From positions 115,419 to 156,839 of the forward strand of contig DFRY01000043.1 in NCBI GenBank assembly GCA_002378845.1: a stretch of 41,421 nucleotides of DNA, written 5' to 3'. Below are positions 10,269-19,420 of the stretch, one piece after another. Numbering within the stretch: the first letter of the stretch is position 1; every line of letters starts with the position of its first letter. The notes below the pieces were generated by a model. That model was given only the letters and a program-made list of their open reading frames with translations, did not search any database and was not told where the DNA came from. Position numbers and translations under genes: made by a program. This DNA comes from Ruminococcaceae bacterium UBA3451. Its GTDB lineage: Bacteria; Bacillota; Clostridia; Oscillospirales; Acutalibacteraceae.

Positions 10269-11795
10269 TTAATTTTTACCGATGAACTGATTTACGGTCA
10301 TTCCCATGTATTTTTTAAAGCACTGCCCAAAATAATGCGCATCCGGAATACCAACCTTTTCCGCAATTTCATACATTTTCAAGTCGGTCGTGTGAAGCAG
10401 TTTAATACTGTTTTCAATTCTTCGGCGCATAATGTATTCTGTCATCGTTTCGTTCTGCACCTGCTTAAAGGAGCGGCTAAGGTAGCTTTCGTTTACATAC
10501 AGGGCGGCGGCGGCGGTTTTCAGCGATAACTTCGGCATACTTAAATTGTTTTCAAGATATTCGACACACCGGCAAATCAGCGTATTTGCCGTGCGGGAGG
10601 AAGCTCCTTCCGCGTACTCCAGGGCAGCGGTCAAAAACGGGTAAAAAGCGGCGCAGAACTCATCGAGCGAGCTCGCCCGGGAAACCTGCCCGTAAATATC
10701 TTCCTCCTGCACGTCGGAAACCTGGCACCCCAGCGCACGCAGCGCAAGCGAAGTGTGGTGCAGCAGTACCGTTCCGACGGTATGAAGCTGGTCCACGCTG
10801 GCGATTCCGGTTTCATTATAATGGGCGATATACCCGTCCACGAACGCCACCGCACGTTCTTTTAAACCGTTTTTTACCGCAAATTCATAATCGGGAAAAT
10901 CGGCAAGATAATCGGTTTCCCGGGCAATTTCCAGCTGCTCGTACGTTTCGTAGGCAATTACGGTATTATTGCCGAGCAAAATAGAGCCGAGCAGCGCTTT
11001 GGACGCTTCGTCGAAGCACTGGCGCGCCCCGTCAAGTCCCTTGTGAACTTTACTGACTGTGACCGTGACCGGCACCTGCAGCCGGTCAAATAGGGTGGAT
11101 TGTATTCTCCTCGGCGTATCCTCCTGCCACGGCACTTTTGCCAGAAGAACACAGGTGTTGTCCCGTTCCCGGAACAGGATGCGACCCGCCGATTCCGGCA
11201 CGGCGCGCGCCACCTCGCCCAGAAAACCGTCCCCCTCCGCGTGTTCCGCACGTATTACACAGCAAATTAAATTGTCGTCGAAAATGTCGGGCAAGCCGCA
11301 CTGCTGCAGCGCTTCTTTCCGTTCCTCCGCGCTGACGCGGCCGGAAACAATCCGCCTGCACAACTGGTTTGCCATTAAGGAAAGGCTTTCGTCCAGCCTT
11401 TGCTGAAGCGCGTGTTCCCGGCTCAGCTCTTCCTTCAGCCGCGCGGAGACCTTTTCCAGCTCCTCTACGCAAATCGGCTTCAGCAGAAAATCTTTTACCC
11501 CCAGCCGGATCGCCGTCTGAGCGTACTCAAAATCCTGATACCCCGTAATAATGACGATTTTTGCCTGGGGGTCTTCGCCGCGGATTTGTTCGCTCAGCTC
11601 CAGTCCGTCCATGTCCGGCATATTGATGTCTGTAAAGACAATATCCGGCTGCTTTTCACGGAAAAGGGCCAATGCTTCCTGAGCATTGGCCGCTTCCCCT
11701 ATAATTTGGAACCCGTTTTTTCCCCAGTCAAAACTTTTCCGAATCAATACGCGTTCCAGCCGTTCATCATCCACAATCAAGATTCGTATCGGCAT
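10269..11795 (-). CDS. YesN-like two-component response regulator (receiver + AraC-type HTH)
   Basis: ILIVDDE, DIVFTDINMP, FLLKP, and C-terminal YEIAEKVGIPDAHYFGQCFKKYMG. Start taken at MPIRIL after GAGGAG. Confidence 0.93.
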   Translation of the reverse strand: MPIRILIVDDERLERVLIRKSFDWGKNGFQIIGEAANAQEALALFREKQPDIVFTDINMPDMDGLELSEQIRGEDPQAKIVIITGYQDFEYAQTAIRLGVKDFLLKPICVEELEKVSARLKEELSREHALQQRLDESLSLMANQLCRRIVSGRVSAEERKEALQQCGLPDIFDDNLICCVIRAEHAEGDGFLGEVARAVPESAGRILFRERDNTCVLLAKVPWQEDTPRRIQSTLFDRLQVPVTVTVSKVHKGLDGARQCFDEASKALLGSILLGNNTVIAYETYEQLEIARETDYLADFPDYEFAVKNGLKERAVAFVDGYIAHYNETGIASVDQLHTVGTVLLHHTSLALRALGCQVSDVQEEDIYGQVSRASSLDEFCAAFYPFLTAALEYAEGASSRTANTLICRCVEYLENNLSMPKLSLKTAAAALYVNESYLSRSFKQVQNETMTEYIMRRRIENSIKLLHTTDLKMYEIAEKVGIPDAHYFGQCFKKYMGMTVNQFIGKN

Positions 11796-11825
11796 TTGAA
11801 TCACTCCTCTTCCTATCGCCCGCAA

Positions 11826-13595
11826 CTAATTTTTCGAACGTTTTAATATACGGATTATAATTTCCGTACCTTCCCCTTCTTTGCTGCGAATTTCAACAGG
11901 GTCTTTCAAATCGTAAAACAGTGAAATTCGCTGAATCAGACTGTATATTCCAAAGCCACCGCGTTTTTGGATTTTATGCGCGTAAATTTCATCGATTTTA
12001 TTCTGGCTCATTCCGGAACCGTTATCCTTTACGGAGAAAACCAGAATCCCGCTTTCTTCGCCGCGGCAGGTTATTCGGATGGTTCCCCCGTCTTTTTTGC
12101 CGCGAATCCCGTGCTGCACGGCATTTTCCACACAGGGCTGAAGAATCAGTTTCAGCACCGGTTCCTCCCATAAATCCTGCTGAATGTCATATTCCATATG
12201 AATACGGTTGTCATAACGGATGTTCAGAATGGTGGTGTAGTTTTTAATGCAGTTAATCTCTTCCCGAAGCGGAATCAGGTCGTTCCCGTTGCTCAGGCTG
12301 GTGCGATAAAAATTACCCAGCGCCTGCGTAATCTGAAAGGTGGCGGCGCTGTTCTGTTCCAGAGCAAGCGCGCTGATGGCGTCCAGCGTATTGTAAAGAA
12401 AATGCGGATGAATCTGTGCCTGAATCAGCTCGACTTCGTTTTTAATAATAATCCGTTCTTCTTCGTGCACCTTGTCAATCAGTTCTTCAATCGAATGCTG
12501 CATGCTGTTGTAGGCCACCTTTATTTCCGTAATCTCGTCGCGGCGCCCTTCCTCCACCTGCATGGGGCGAATCGCGCCGCCCCGCTGCCCGCGGATATGC
12601 GTTTGTATGCCCTGCAAAGGCTTGACCAGCACCAGCGTAATATACACGCCGCACAGCAGCAGAAAAACCATATCGGCCACGACCAGAAAAATGGAGTTGC
12701 GGGCGACGGTTTCCCAGTTTGCGTCCACCTTGGGCACCTGCCCGACAATGCGCCACCCATCGACTTTTGACGGTATTCCGGCAATAATCCGGTTTTTTCC
12801 CTGCTCGTTTTTCACGGTATGAATTTCGTCGTCCGAAGAAAGCTCCAGTAATTTCGCGTCGGAAAATTCCGTGCTGTTAACCGGGCGAAATAGAACTTTT
12901 TTCCCGTCCGAAACATAAAACTGCGCGTCTGTGCCGCCTACCGCTTCATCAAAAATCCTGCGTACGGAGTTTTCATCAATATTGATAATCAGAATTCCCA
13001 ACCCTCTGTAATCCAGCCGGTCTTTTACCACACGGATAATGGAAAGAATCCGATTTTTCGGGGAAGGACTTTTCACCACGTTCGCGTCCATTACAAACAG
13101 AAAGTCGCCGTCGCGCTTTACCGCTTCCTGATACCACGGCTGCTCGGTTGCAAGGATGCTTTCCTTCGGTTCCACGGTATTTCGTTTGCAGTCGTAAGTC
13201 ATTCCAAAATTATCGCACAGGGTTACGGAACAAATGCTGTCGTCTGAAAGCATTAAATTAATCAAACTGTCTGTAATCAGGCTGCGCGCTTCCACGTCCG
13301 GGTGGTCCGGCCCCGACCGGCGCAGAAGGTTTTGCACGCTTTGATTGAGAAAAAGCATATTAGAGGCTTCCTCCACATGGTCAATCATCAGGGAAAGGTT
13401 TCCGTCCAGTGCGGTAAGCAGCTGGACGGTCGACTTTTCCTCTTGATTTTCCATTTGGGTTCGGTTTACAAAATAGGTTGCAAGAAAGGTCATGAAAGTA
13501 GAAAAGAGCGCAACCAGAGCAAAAACCAACATCATTTTGCGCCGGATCGTCATACCCCGGAACGGGGAAAAGCGTTTTGCCATTTTTACAGTCAT
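11826..13595 (-). CDS. YesM-like sensor histidine kinase
   Basis: Two TM segments flanking an extracellular domain, QAQIHPHFLYNTL H-box, QPCVENAVQHG, DNGSG. Confidence 0.93.
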   Translation of the reverse strand: MTVKMAKRFSPFRGMTIRRKMMLVFALVALFSTFMTFLATYFVNRTQMENQEEKSTVQLLTALDGNLSLMIDHVEEASNMLFLNQSVQNLLRRSGPDHPDVEARSLITDSLINLMLSDDSICSVTLCDNFGMTYDCKRNTVEPKESILATEQPWYQEAVKRDGDFLFVMDANVVKSPSPKNRILSIIRVVKDRLDYRGLGILIINIDENSVRRIFDEAVGGTDAQFYVSDGKKVLFRPVNSTEFSDAKLLELSSDDEIHTVKNEQGKNRIIAGIPSKVDGWRIVGQVPKVDANWETVARNSIFLVVADMVFLLLCGVYITLVLVKPLQGIQTHIRGQRGGAIRPMQVEEGRRDEITEIKVAYNSMQHSIEELIDKVHEEERIIIKNEVELIQAQIHPHFLYNTLDAISALALEQNSAATFQITQALGNFYRTSLSNGNDLIPLREEINCIKNYTTILNIRYDNRIHMEYDIQQDLWEEPVLKLILQPCVENAVQHGIRGKKDGGTIRITCRGEESGILVFSVKDNGSGMSQNKIDEIYAHKIQKRGGFGIYSLIQRISLFYDLKDPVEIRSKEGEGTEIIIRILKRSKN

Positions 13596-13611
13596 TCCCT
13601 CCCGTATTGTA

Positions 13612-14961
13612 TTATTCCGCTGTTATCTTTCCCGTTTTCTTTGCTTCGGCAATGCTTTTTTGGTAAAGACGGTAGCTGTCCTTGGGGATTCGTGCCAACG
13701 TCTTGAAGTCAATATAAATAATGCCGAACCGTTTGGAATAACCGTGGTTCCATTCCAGGTTGTCCATCAGCGACCATACATAATAGCCCGCCACGTTCAG
13801 CCCACGGTCATTTGCTTTGGAAACCGCGTCCAAATGCTCCGCCAAATATTTGCAGCGTTTTTCATCATGAACGGTTCCGTCCACCACTTCATCGTTCCAT
13901 GCGGAGCCGTTTTCGGTAATGTAAACGGGAATATCGGTGTAATCTTTGCGAATTCGCTCAATCAGTTCCACCAGGCTGTCCGGGGTAATGTCCCACTCCA
14001 TAGCGGTTTTCTCTTTTGCGGAATAGCCGTTTCCGGTCAGGTACGTCGCCGCGCCGCGGTAGCGGATTACGCTGCTTGAATAATAATTGACGCCGAGGAA
14101 ATCAATGGGAGCTGACATTGCCTTTAAATCTCCGTCGTGAATAAAGTCAAAATCCGTTCCGCACCGCGCCGCAAACAGCGTTGTTAAATCGTCCGGGTAG
14201 CAGCCGCGGAACACCGGGTCAAGGAACCAGCGGTTTACGTAGCCGTCCGACAGTTTGACCGCAAGGCGGTCTGCAAAGTTGTCTTTCTCCGGGTACTGCA
14301 CGCCAAGGTTCAGTGTAATTCCGATTTTCTGTTTACCGCCCATTTTCCGGTACAGCTGTACGGCTTTGCCGTGAGACAGAAGAATATGGTGCGCGGCACG
14401 CAGTCCCTTTTCCGTCGTGGCAATTCCGGGCGCGCCGTCACCGGTCTGGTAAGCAAGGAACGAAGCGCAAAACGGCTCGTTATGGGTAATCCATAACGCG
14501 ACTTCGCTGTCAAGCTCTTCAAAACATTTTGCAGCAAATTCCAAATACCAATCAACGCAGTTACGGTTCATCCAGCCGCCTTCGTCCTGCGCCCACTGCG
14601 GAAGATCCCAATGGTACACCGTAACGGCCGCAGTAATACCGGCATCCTTCAGTTCTTTCAGAAGGTTGCGGTAAAACTGCATTCCTTCGTCGTTATATTT
14701 CCCCTTTTGCGGGAAAATACGGGGCCAGGAAATGGAAAACCGATAGCTGTCCAGCCCCAGCTCCTTCATCAGCTTCACGTCCTCCGGGTAACGGTGGTAA
14801 TGGTCACAGGCCACATCGGCACTGTCCCCGTTGGTTACTCTGCCGGGAATCAGGTACTCGCCGTCCCAAATAGACGGGGTTCTTCCTCCCTCTTTTGTCG
14901 CGCCCTCCACCTGAAAAGCGGCGGTTGCCGCTCCGAAAATAAAGTCCTTGGAAAATCCCAT
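13612..14961 (-). CDS. GH1 beta-glucosidase
   Basis: FIFGAATAAFQVEG, THNEP acid/base, YITENG nucleophile. WSLMDNLEW indicates the non-phospho type. Confidence 0.93.
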   Translation of the reverse strand: MGFSKDFIFGAATAAFQVEGATKEGGRTPSIWDGEYLIPGRVTNGDSADVACDHYHRYPEDVKLMKELGLDSYRFSISWPRIFPQKGKYNDEGMQFYRNLLKELKDAGITAAVTVYHWDLPQWAQDEGGWMNRNCVDWYLEFAAKCFEELDSEVALWITHNEPFCASFLAYQTGDGAPGIATTEKGLRAAHHILLSHGKAVQLYRKMGGKQKIGITLNLGVQYPEKDNFADRLAVKLSDGYVNRWFLDPVFRGCYPDDLTTLFAARCGTDFDFIHDGDLKAMSAPIDFLGVNYYSSSVIRYRGAATYLTGNGYSAKEKTAMEWDITPDSLVELIERIRKDYTDIPVYITENGSAWNDEVVDGTVHDEKRCKYLAEHLDAVSKANDRGLNVAGYYVWSLMDNLEWNHGYSKRFGIIYIDFKTLARIPKDSYRLYQKSIAEAKKTGKITAE

Positions 14962-15145
14962 ACTATAATCCGCCTTTCTTTCATCCATGCCTGTTTGAAT
15001 TTGGCTACATTATATCATTGCGAATTTCCGAGCGCAATTTGGTAGAGAAAGCAGCCAATATTTTTACCGAAGCGGTCAAAATTGTGACCTTTCTCCGCCC
15101 TGCATTGCAGTACTCCGCCCGGAAAACGCCTTTCCGGTACCCCTT

Positions 15146-16360
15146 TTACGGCCTTACCGCGGTTCCGTCGGGGAGCCTGCTGAACATCCAGCTGAAGTCC
15201 ATTTCAACTGCAGGGTACTTGGCCGCCTCTTTCTCAACAAAATCGACTCCGATGCCGGGTTTGTCATTCAGGTAAAGGTATCCGTTGCGCAATTCGGGGC
15301 ACCCGGGGAAAATTTCTTTTTCCGCTTCGCTGAAGCCCGCAAATTCCTGAATGCCAAAATTCGTACAGGAATAATCAAGGTGCATCTGCGCGGCCGCGCC
15401 GATGGGCGAAAGGTCATTTGGGCCGTGCCATGCAGTGCGTACCTGATACGCCTCACAGAAAGCCGCCAGCTTGCGCGCGGGTGTCAGGCCGCCAAGGTCG
15501 CTAACGTGCGCCCGTATAAAATCGATCCATTGGTTTTGCACGGGCAAACGCCACTCATTGGGATTGCAAAATAATTCGCCCATAGCCAGCGGAACCGCTG
15601 TTTGATTGCGAAGCTTTTCAAAGTAAGGAACCTGTTCCGGGGGAAGGCAGTCCTCCAAAAAGAACAATTTATAGGCTTCCAGCTCTTTGGCAAAGGCAAG
15701 CGTGTCAGCCAGCGAAAGGCGCTCATGAACATCGTGAAGAATTTCCAGTTCCCAGCCGACTGTATTGCGCAAATGCTCAAACAGCTGAACCGTACTTCTC
15801 ATGTACGCCTTAGGGGAATAGTACGAACCGGAAGGCGCGTGTTCCGGGTGAACCATCACCTGCATTCCGCCGCTGAAATTGCCGCCGTAGGTACCCATCT
15901 GGCAGCGCACATGGCGGTATCCCTCTTCCAAAAAGCCGCGAACCTTTTCTTCCACCTCTTCCACACATTTTCCGTCTGCATGGCGGTATGCGGCAATGCC
16001 TTCCCGGCATTTTCCGCCGAACAACTCGTAAACCGGCATTCCGGCCAGTTTTCCCTTAATATCCCACAGCGCCTCGTCCACGCCCGACATCGCGTTGTTC
16101 AGCACCGGGCCGTTCCGCCAGTAAGAGCTGCCCATAAGGGACTGCCAAATATCCTCAATATTATGCACGGAGCGCCCCAGCAACATGGGGCGAAGATATT
16201 CCTCTACGGCGGTTACCACTGCTTTGCATCTCCATGTAAAGGTGGCACACCCAACGCCGTATAATTCGGGTTCCGACGTTTCCACCTTTACCACAACAAG
16301 GTTGATTCCCTGCGGGGCGGTCACGAATGTTTTAATGTCGCGGATCGTAATCGGCTTCAT
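15146..16360 (-). CDS. Enolase-superfamily acid-sugar dehydratase (RspA / mannonate dehydratase subgroup)
   Basis: YWRNGPV, DEALWDIKGK, HDVHER, FFLED, MGELF, WHGPNDLSP, RLPDGT. GGAGG RBS lies before ATG 16360. Confidence 0.9.
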   Translation of the reverse strand: MKPITIRDIKTFVTAPQGINLVVVKVETSEPELYGVGCATFTWRCKAVVTAVEEYLRPMLLGRSVHNIEDIWQSLMGSSYWRNGPVLNNAMSGVDEALWDIKGKLAGMPVYELFGGKCREGIAAYRHADGKCVEEVEEKVRGFLEEGYRHVRCQMGTYGGNFSGGMQVMVHPEHAPSGSYYSPKAYMRSTVQLFEHLRNTVGWELEILHDVHERLSLADTLAFAKELEAYKLFFLEDCLPPEQVPYFEKLRNQTAVPLAMGELFCNPNEWRLPVQNQWIDFIRAHVSDLGGLTPARKLAAFCEAYQVRTAWHGPNDLSPIGAAAQMHLDYSCTNFGIQEFAGFSEAEKEIFPGCPELRNGYLYLNDKPGIGVDFVEKEAAKYPAVEMDFSWMFSRLPDGTAVRP

Positions 16361-16524
16361 TTTAATTCCTCCTGAAACAAATGATTTTGGTTCTTTACGC
16401 AACTAAGTATACGCCCCGGTTCCCGGTGGTTTCTCTCCACTTTCGGGATAAAAATCACCATTTTTATCCTGTTTTGCGTGACCGCAATCATTTTAAGTTG
16501 GTAAGAAGGCTAAAATGATTTATT

Positions 16525-17415
16525 TTATAAACACCCGCCGGATTCGTATTCCAAAAACTTTTTCCGGTACTGGTACGGTGAAAGGCCCATTTTGGCCCTG
16601 AATTGCCGAAGAAAGGTGTTTACACTGTCGTACCCCACCTGTAAGGCAAGCTCCGTAATGCTGATTGAGGAGGTTTCCAGTATTCCGACCGCTTTGGTAA
16701 TGCGCACCGAATCAATATAATTTTTCATATGAACGCCGAAACAGGTAATAAACGCCTTGCTGATGGTATTCGGCTGCAAATAAAATTTGGAGCTAAGCTC
16801 ACGCAGGCTCAGGTTTCCCGCATAATTCAAGTCAATATAACTTTTAATTTCCAGCATGGCCTGATAAGTACGGTTTGCGGTTCGGTCCCGTTTTTCGTAA
16901 CCCAGGCGGCGATTTAAAAAGATTGTCAGCTGCAGAAGCAGCGCATACACAAGGTCGGAACTGCTGCTCTGAACCTGCGTCGTTTCTTCCCCGATTTGCA
17001 GAAAAAGGGAGCGAATCTGTTCATATTCCTCCCCCGTCAAATGTTTCAGCTTGCTGAAATCGGCCGGAGCAGGCGTGCGGTAGACATTGGCGTATTCGTT
17101 TAAAATGGGGAGGGCTTCCAAAAAAGCGGGAAGAACCGTCAGTCCGTACCGGACAAACGGGAAATCCGTAATCACCCGATAATGCGGATCCATTGCACCG
17201 ATTATCAGCAGATCGTGTTCCCGAATGGAATAAACTTCGTTGTTTATGGTGTAATCGGCCCCTCCCTGCACAACCAAAAGCAGTTCGCAGGAACCGTGCA
17301 CATGGTTCATAAAATTTTCCCGGTTTTCCCCGGTATAGCTTAAATAAATGTTTCTTTCATTGATTGCCGCCCAATGCTCCGCTTCGTCGTACCCGTTTAC
17401 CTCAATCTCTTTCAA
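16525..17415 (-). CDS. AraC family transcriptional regulator (cupin sensor + HTH)
   Basis: HVHGSCEL cupin motif and C-terminal ITELALQVGYDSVNTFLRQFRAKMGLSPYQYR. TTG start after GGAGG. Confidence 0.9.
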   Translation of the reverse strand: MKEIEVNGYDEAEHWAAINERNIYLSYTGENRENFMNHVHGSCELLLVVQGGADYTINNEVYSIREHDLLIIGAMDPHYRVITDFPFVRYGLTVLPAFLEALPILNEYANVYRTPAPADFSKLKHLTGEEYEQIRSLFLQIGEETTQVQSSSSDLVYALLLQLTIFLNRRLGYEKRDRTANRTYQAMLEIKSYIDLNYAGNLSLRELSSKFYLQPNTISKAFITCFGVHMKNYIDSVRITKAVGILETSSISITELALQVGYDSVNTFLRQFRAKMGLSPYQYRKKFLEYESGGCL

Positions 17416-17588
17416 CGTACCACACCTCCGTTTCGAATCCGATGAAAAATCCGTTCCCTATTGTTACCAACGTTATTTTATTATTACAGTATCACAGATT
17501 TTACGCTTTTTAACAATCCGGAAAGCAGATTAAAGCCGAACAGTCCGTCTGTCGGCAGCTTGAAACCCATTCTGCTGTTTTTCTATAG

Positions 17589-17617
17589 AAAAAAAGGGCA
17601 GGATTCATCCTGCCCCT
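17589..17617 (-). terminator. Second intrinsic terminator downstream of tRNA-Arg
   Basis: GGGCAGGAT-GA-ATCCTGCCC followed by T7 on the minus strand. Confidence 0.65.
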
Positions 17618-17651
17618 GACTTTTGTGCACTTATGGTAAACGTATCAGTAT

Positions 17652-17687
17652 AAAAAAACAGGACAAGCGTTATGCTTGTCCTGTTTT
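17652..17687 (-). terminator. Intrinsic terminator directly after tRNA-Arg
   Basis: AAAACAGGACAAGC-ATAAC-GCTTGTCCTGTTTTTTT. Confidence 0.8.
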
Positions 17688-17764
17688 TGGCGCGCCCGAA
17701 GGGATTCGAACCCCTGACCTTCTGATTCGTAGTCAGACACTCTATCCAGCTGAGCTACGAGCGC
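17688..17764 (-). tRNA. tRNA-Arg (anticodon ACG)
   Basis: GCGCTCGTAGCTCAGCTGGATAGAGTGTCTGACTACGAATCAGAAGGTCAGGGGTTCGAATCCCTTCGGGCGCGCCA: 77 nt cloverleaf with T-loop GTTCGAATC and encoded CCA. Confidence 0.97.
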
Positions 17765-17795
17765 ATATTTTGCCGTCTTATGTGACAGCTTTACT

Positions 17796-17824
17796 ATTAT
17801 ATTAGATATCCGGACAAAAGTCAA
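17796..17824 (-). promoter_or_regulatory. sigmaA promoter of tRNA-Arg
   Basis: TTGACT-17 nt-TATAAT. Confidence 0.8.
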
Positions 17825-17924
17825 GTTTTTTTCTTGGAATCAGGTGAAAATTAATTTCGGCTGAAAAACGCAGGAAAACCGGGGAGGGCAGCCGTTTTGG
17901 CGCCCTCTCCGCGCACAGTTTCGC

Positions 17925-18812
17925 TTACTTTACCATAGACAGCAAAACTTTTACAAATTCCTCCTGGGGAAGTCTTTTGGAAACAATGCGGTACCCCACG
18001 CCGTTATAAAGGAATTCGGCGTAATACAGGTCGTACGTTTCCGCTTTTCCGCTGTCCGCATCGGGAACATCCTGCATTTTTTCGTGCCCGACTGAAATTT
18101 CGTGCCCGTTAATATCGGATTTTTTCTGTTCCTTTGCCCGGTACAGCACGCAGTCACGCGGCAGCTTGCCTTTGGAAGCTTTCACCTCCAAGGAAGCAGC
18201 GGCCATGTCGCCCGGGTCGGCGTAATAGTAATACCCAATGTTATCGTACGCGACCGTCCCGTCATTATTCATAATAATGAACTGGGGCGCTGTGCCCGCT
18301 TCCTGTTCTGAATTGGCAAAAACCTCCGGCAGGTAACTTGGCCGCACATCTTTTCCCAGATAGTTTTCCACCTGTTCCTGCGTCCACTGTTCTTCATGTG
18401 TTTTTTCCGGGTCAAAGTACATTTTGGCACTGACCTGCGGCACGTCGGAATCAATAAAATTCAGCACGCCGTTTGTCAGCTGTACCACCGGCTTGTACTC
18501 ACCGTTTTTCAGTTCGGTTTTCATTTCCGGCTCCGCGGCGCTCAGCGGATTGGATTTTCTCATCAAACCGTTCGTCGGCGCAGTACTGTTCACCGGTGCC
18601 GTGCTGACCGGCTGCGGCTGCCCCTGATTCAGCAGTACCGCGGCTGCGGCAACAATTACAAGGCAAGCCGCCGCGGCCCCAAGTTTCATCCATTTTACTT
18701 GCTTCGTTTTGTATGGAATCAGGCTGGAATACATTTTATTTTTGGTATCGGCCAGAAGTTTTTCCTCCGGCCGTATCCGGGAAAACATTGTTTGATACGT
18801 TTGCCTAAACAT
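17925..18812 (-). CDS. Putative anti-sigma factor (single TM + extracellular domain)
   Basis: Overlaps the ECF sigma stop. Short cytoplasmic N-terminus, TM helix GAAAACLVIVAAAAVLL, then a soluble C-terminal domain. Confidence 0.75.
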   Translation of the reverse strand: MFRQTYQTMFSRIRPEEKLLADTKNKMYSSLIPYKTKQVKWMKLGAAAACLVIVAAAAVLLNQGQPQPVSTAPVNSTAPTNGLMRKSNPLSAAEPEMKTELKNGEYKPVVQLTNGVLNFIDSDVPQVSAKMYFDPEKTHEEQWTQEQVENYLGKDVRPSYLPEVFANSEQEAGTAPQFIIMNNDGTVAYDNIGYYYYADPGDMAAASLEVKASKGKLPRDCVLYRAKEQKKSDINGHEISVGHEKMQDVPDADSGKAETYDLYYAEFLYNGVGYRIVSKRLPQEEFVKVLLSMVK

Positions 18813-19296
18813 AGTCAAAATCCCCTTTCAGCTTTGTTTTCAGCAAATTCCTCGCTCTGGTCAGTTGGGTTCTGACGGCGGACTCTTTCAGCCCGAGAAT
18901 GCGGCTGATTTGCGCCACCGGCATGTCTTCGTAATAAAACAGATGGATGACCGTGCGGTATTTTTTCGGCAGCTGCATCAGCGAATGGTAAACTTCGCTT
19001 TCCTCCGGCATTTCCAACGCCAGATTCTCGTCAAGCTCCACCGTATGGCGGAACCACGCGGAACTCCATATTTTTTTGCAGCAGTTAACGGTAACGCGAA
19101 TCAGCCACGCTTTTTCGTGTTCCTCAGATTCAAACGGTTTCGTTTCCTTCATATAACGCAGGAAAACCTCCTGAAATACGTCGTCCGCATCAATCTTATT
19201 CTGTGTCTGCGAATAGGCAAGCCGGTAAATCATATCGGCATACTGGTGAAAAACCCGCTCAATGTCATCGTCCGTACGCAACGATTTTTGAAGCAC
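18805..19296 (-). CDS. ECF-type RNA polymerase sigma factor
   Basis: DADDVFQEVF, KAWLIRVTVN, LPKKYRTVIHLFYYED, VRTQLTRAR. GTG start after GGGAGG. Confidence 0.92.
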   Translation of the reverse strand: MLQKSLRTDDDIERVFHQYADMIYRLAYSQTQNKIDADDVFQEVFLRYMKETKPFESEEHEKAWLIRVTVNCCKKIWSSAWFRHTVELDENLALEMPEESEVYHSLMQLPKKYRTVIHLFYYEDMPVAQISRILGLKESAVRTQLTRARNLLKTKLKGDFDYV

Positions 19297-19374
19297 TGTG
19301 AACCCTCCCTTCATTGAGAATACCCCGCAGCCCGGCAAAAAGCTACAAAGGAAATAGAAATATTTTCCTGAATA

Positions 19375-19408
19375 AAAATCACCCCCTCAAACAACTTGTC
19401 TGAGGGGG
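19375..19408 (-). terminator. Terminator after the ATPase gene
   Basis: CCCCCTCAGAC-AAGTT-GTTTGAGGGGG followed by TGATTTTT on the minus strand. Confidence 0.6.
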
Positions 19409-19420
19409 CACTCTGTTTCC

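Noticed and set aside
2652..17764. Sugar cluster as an integrative island at the tRNA-Arg 3' end
   Set aside because: No integrase, no duplicated tRNA 3' end and no obvious compositional shift within the window.
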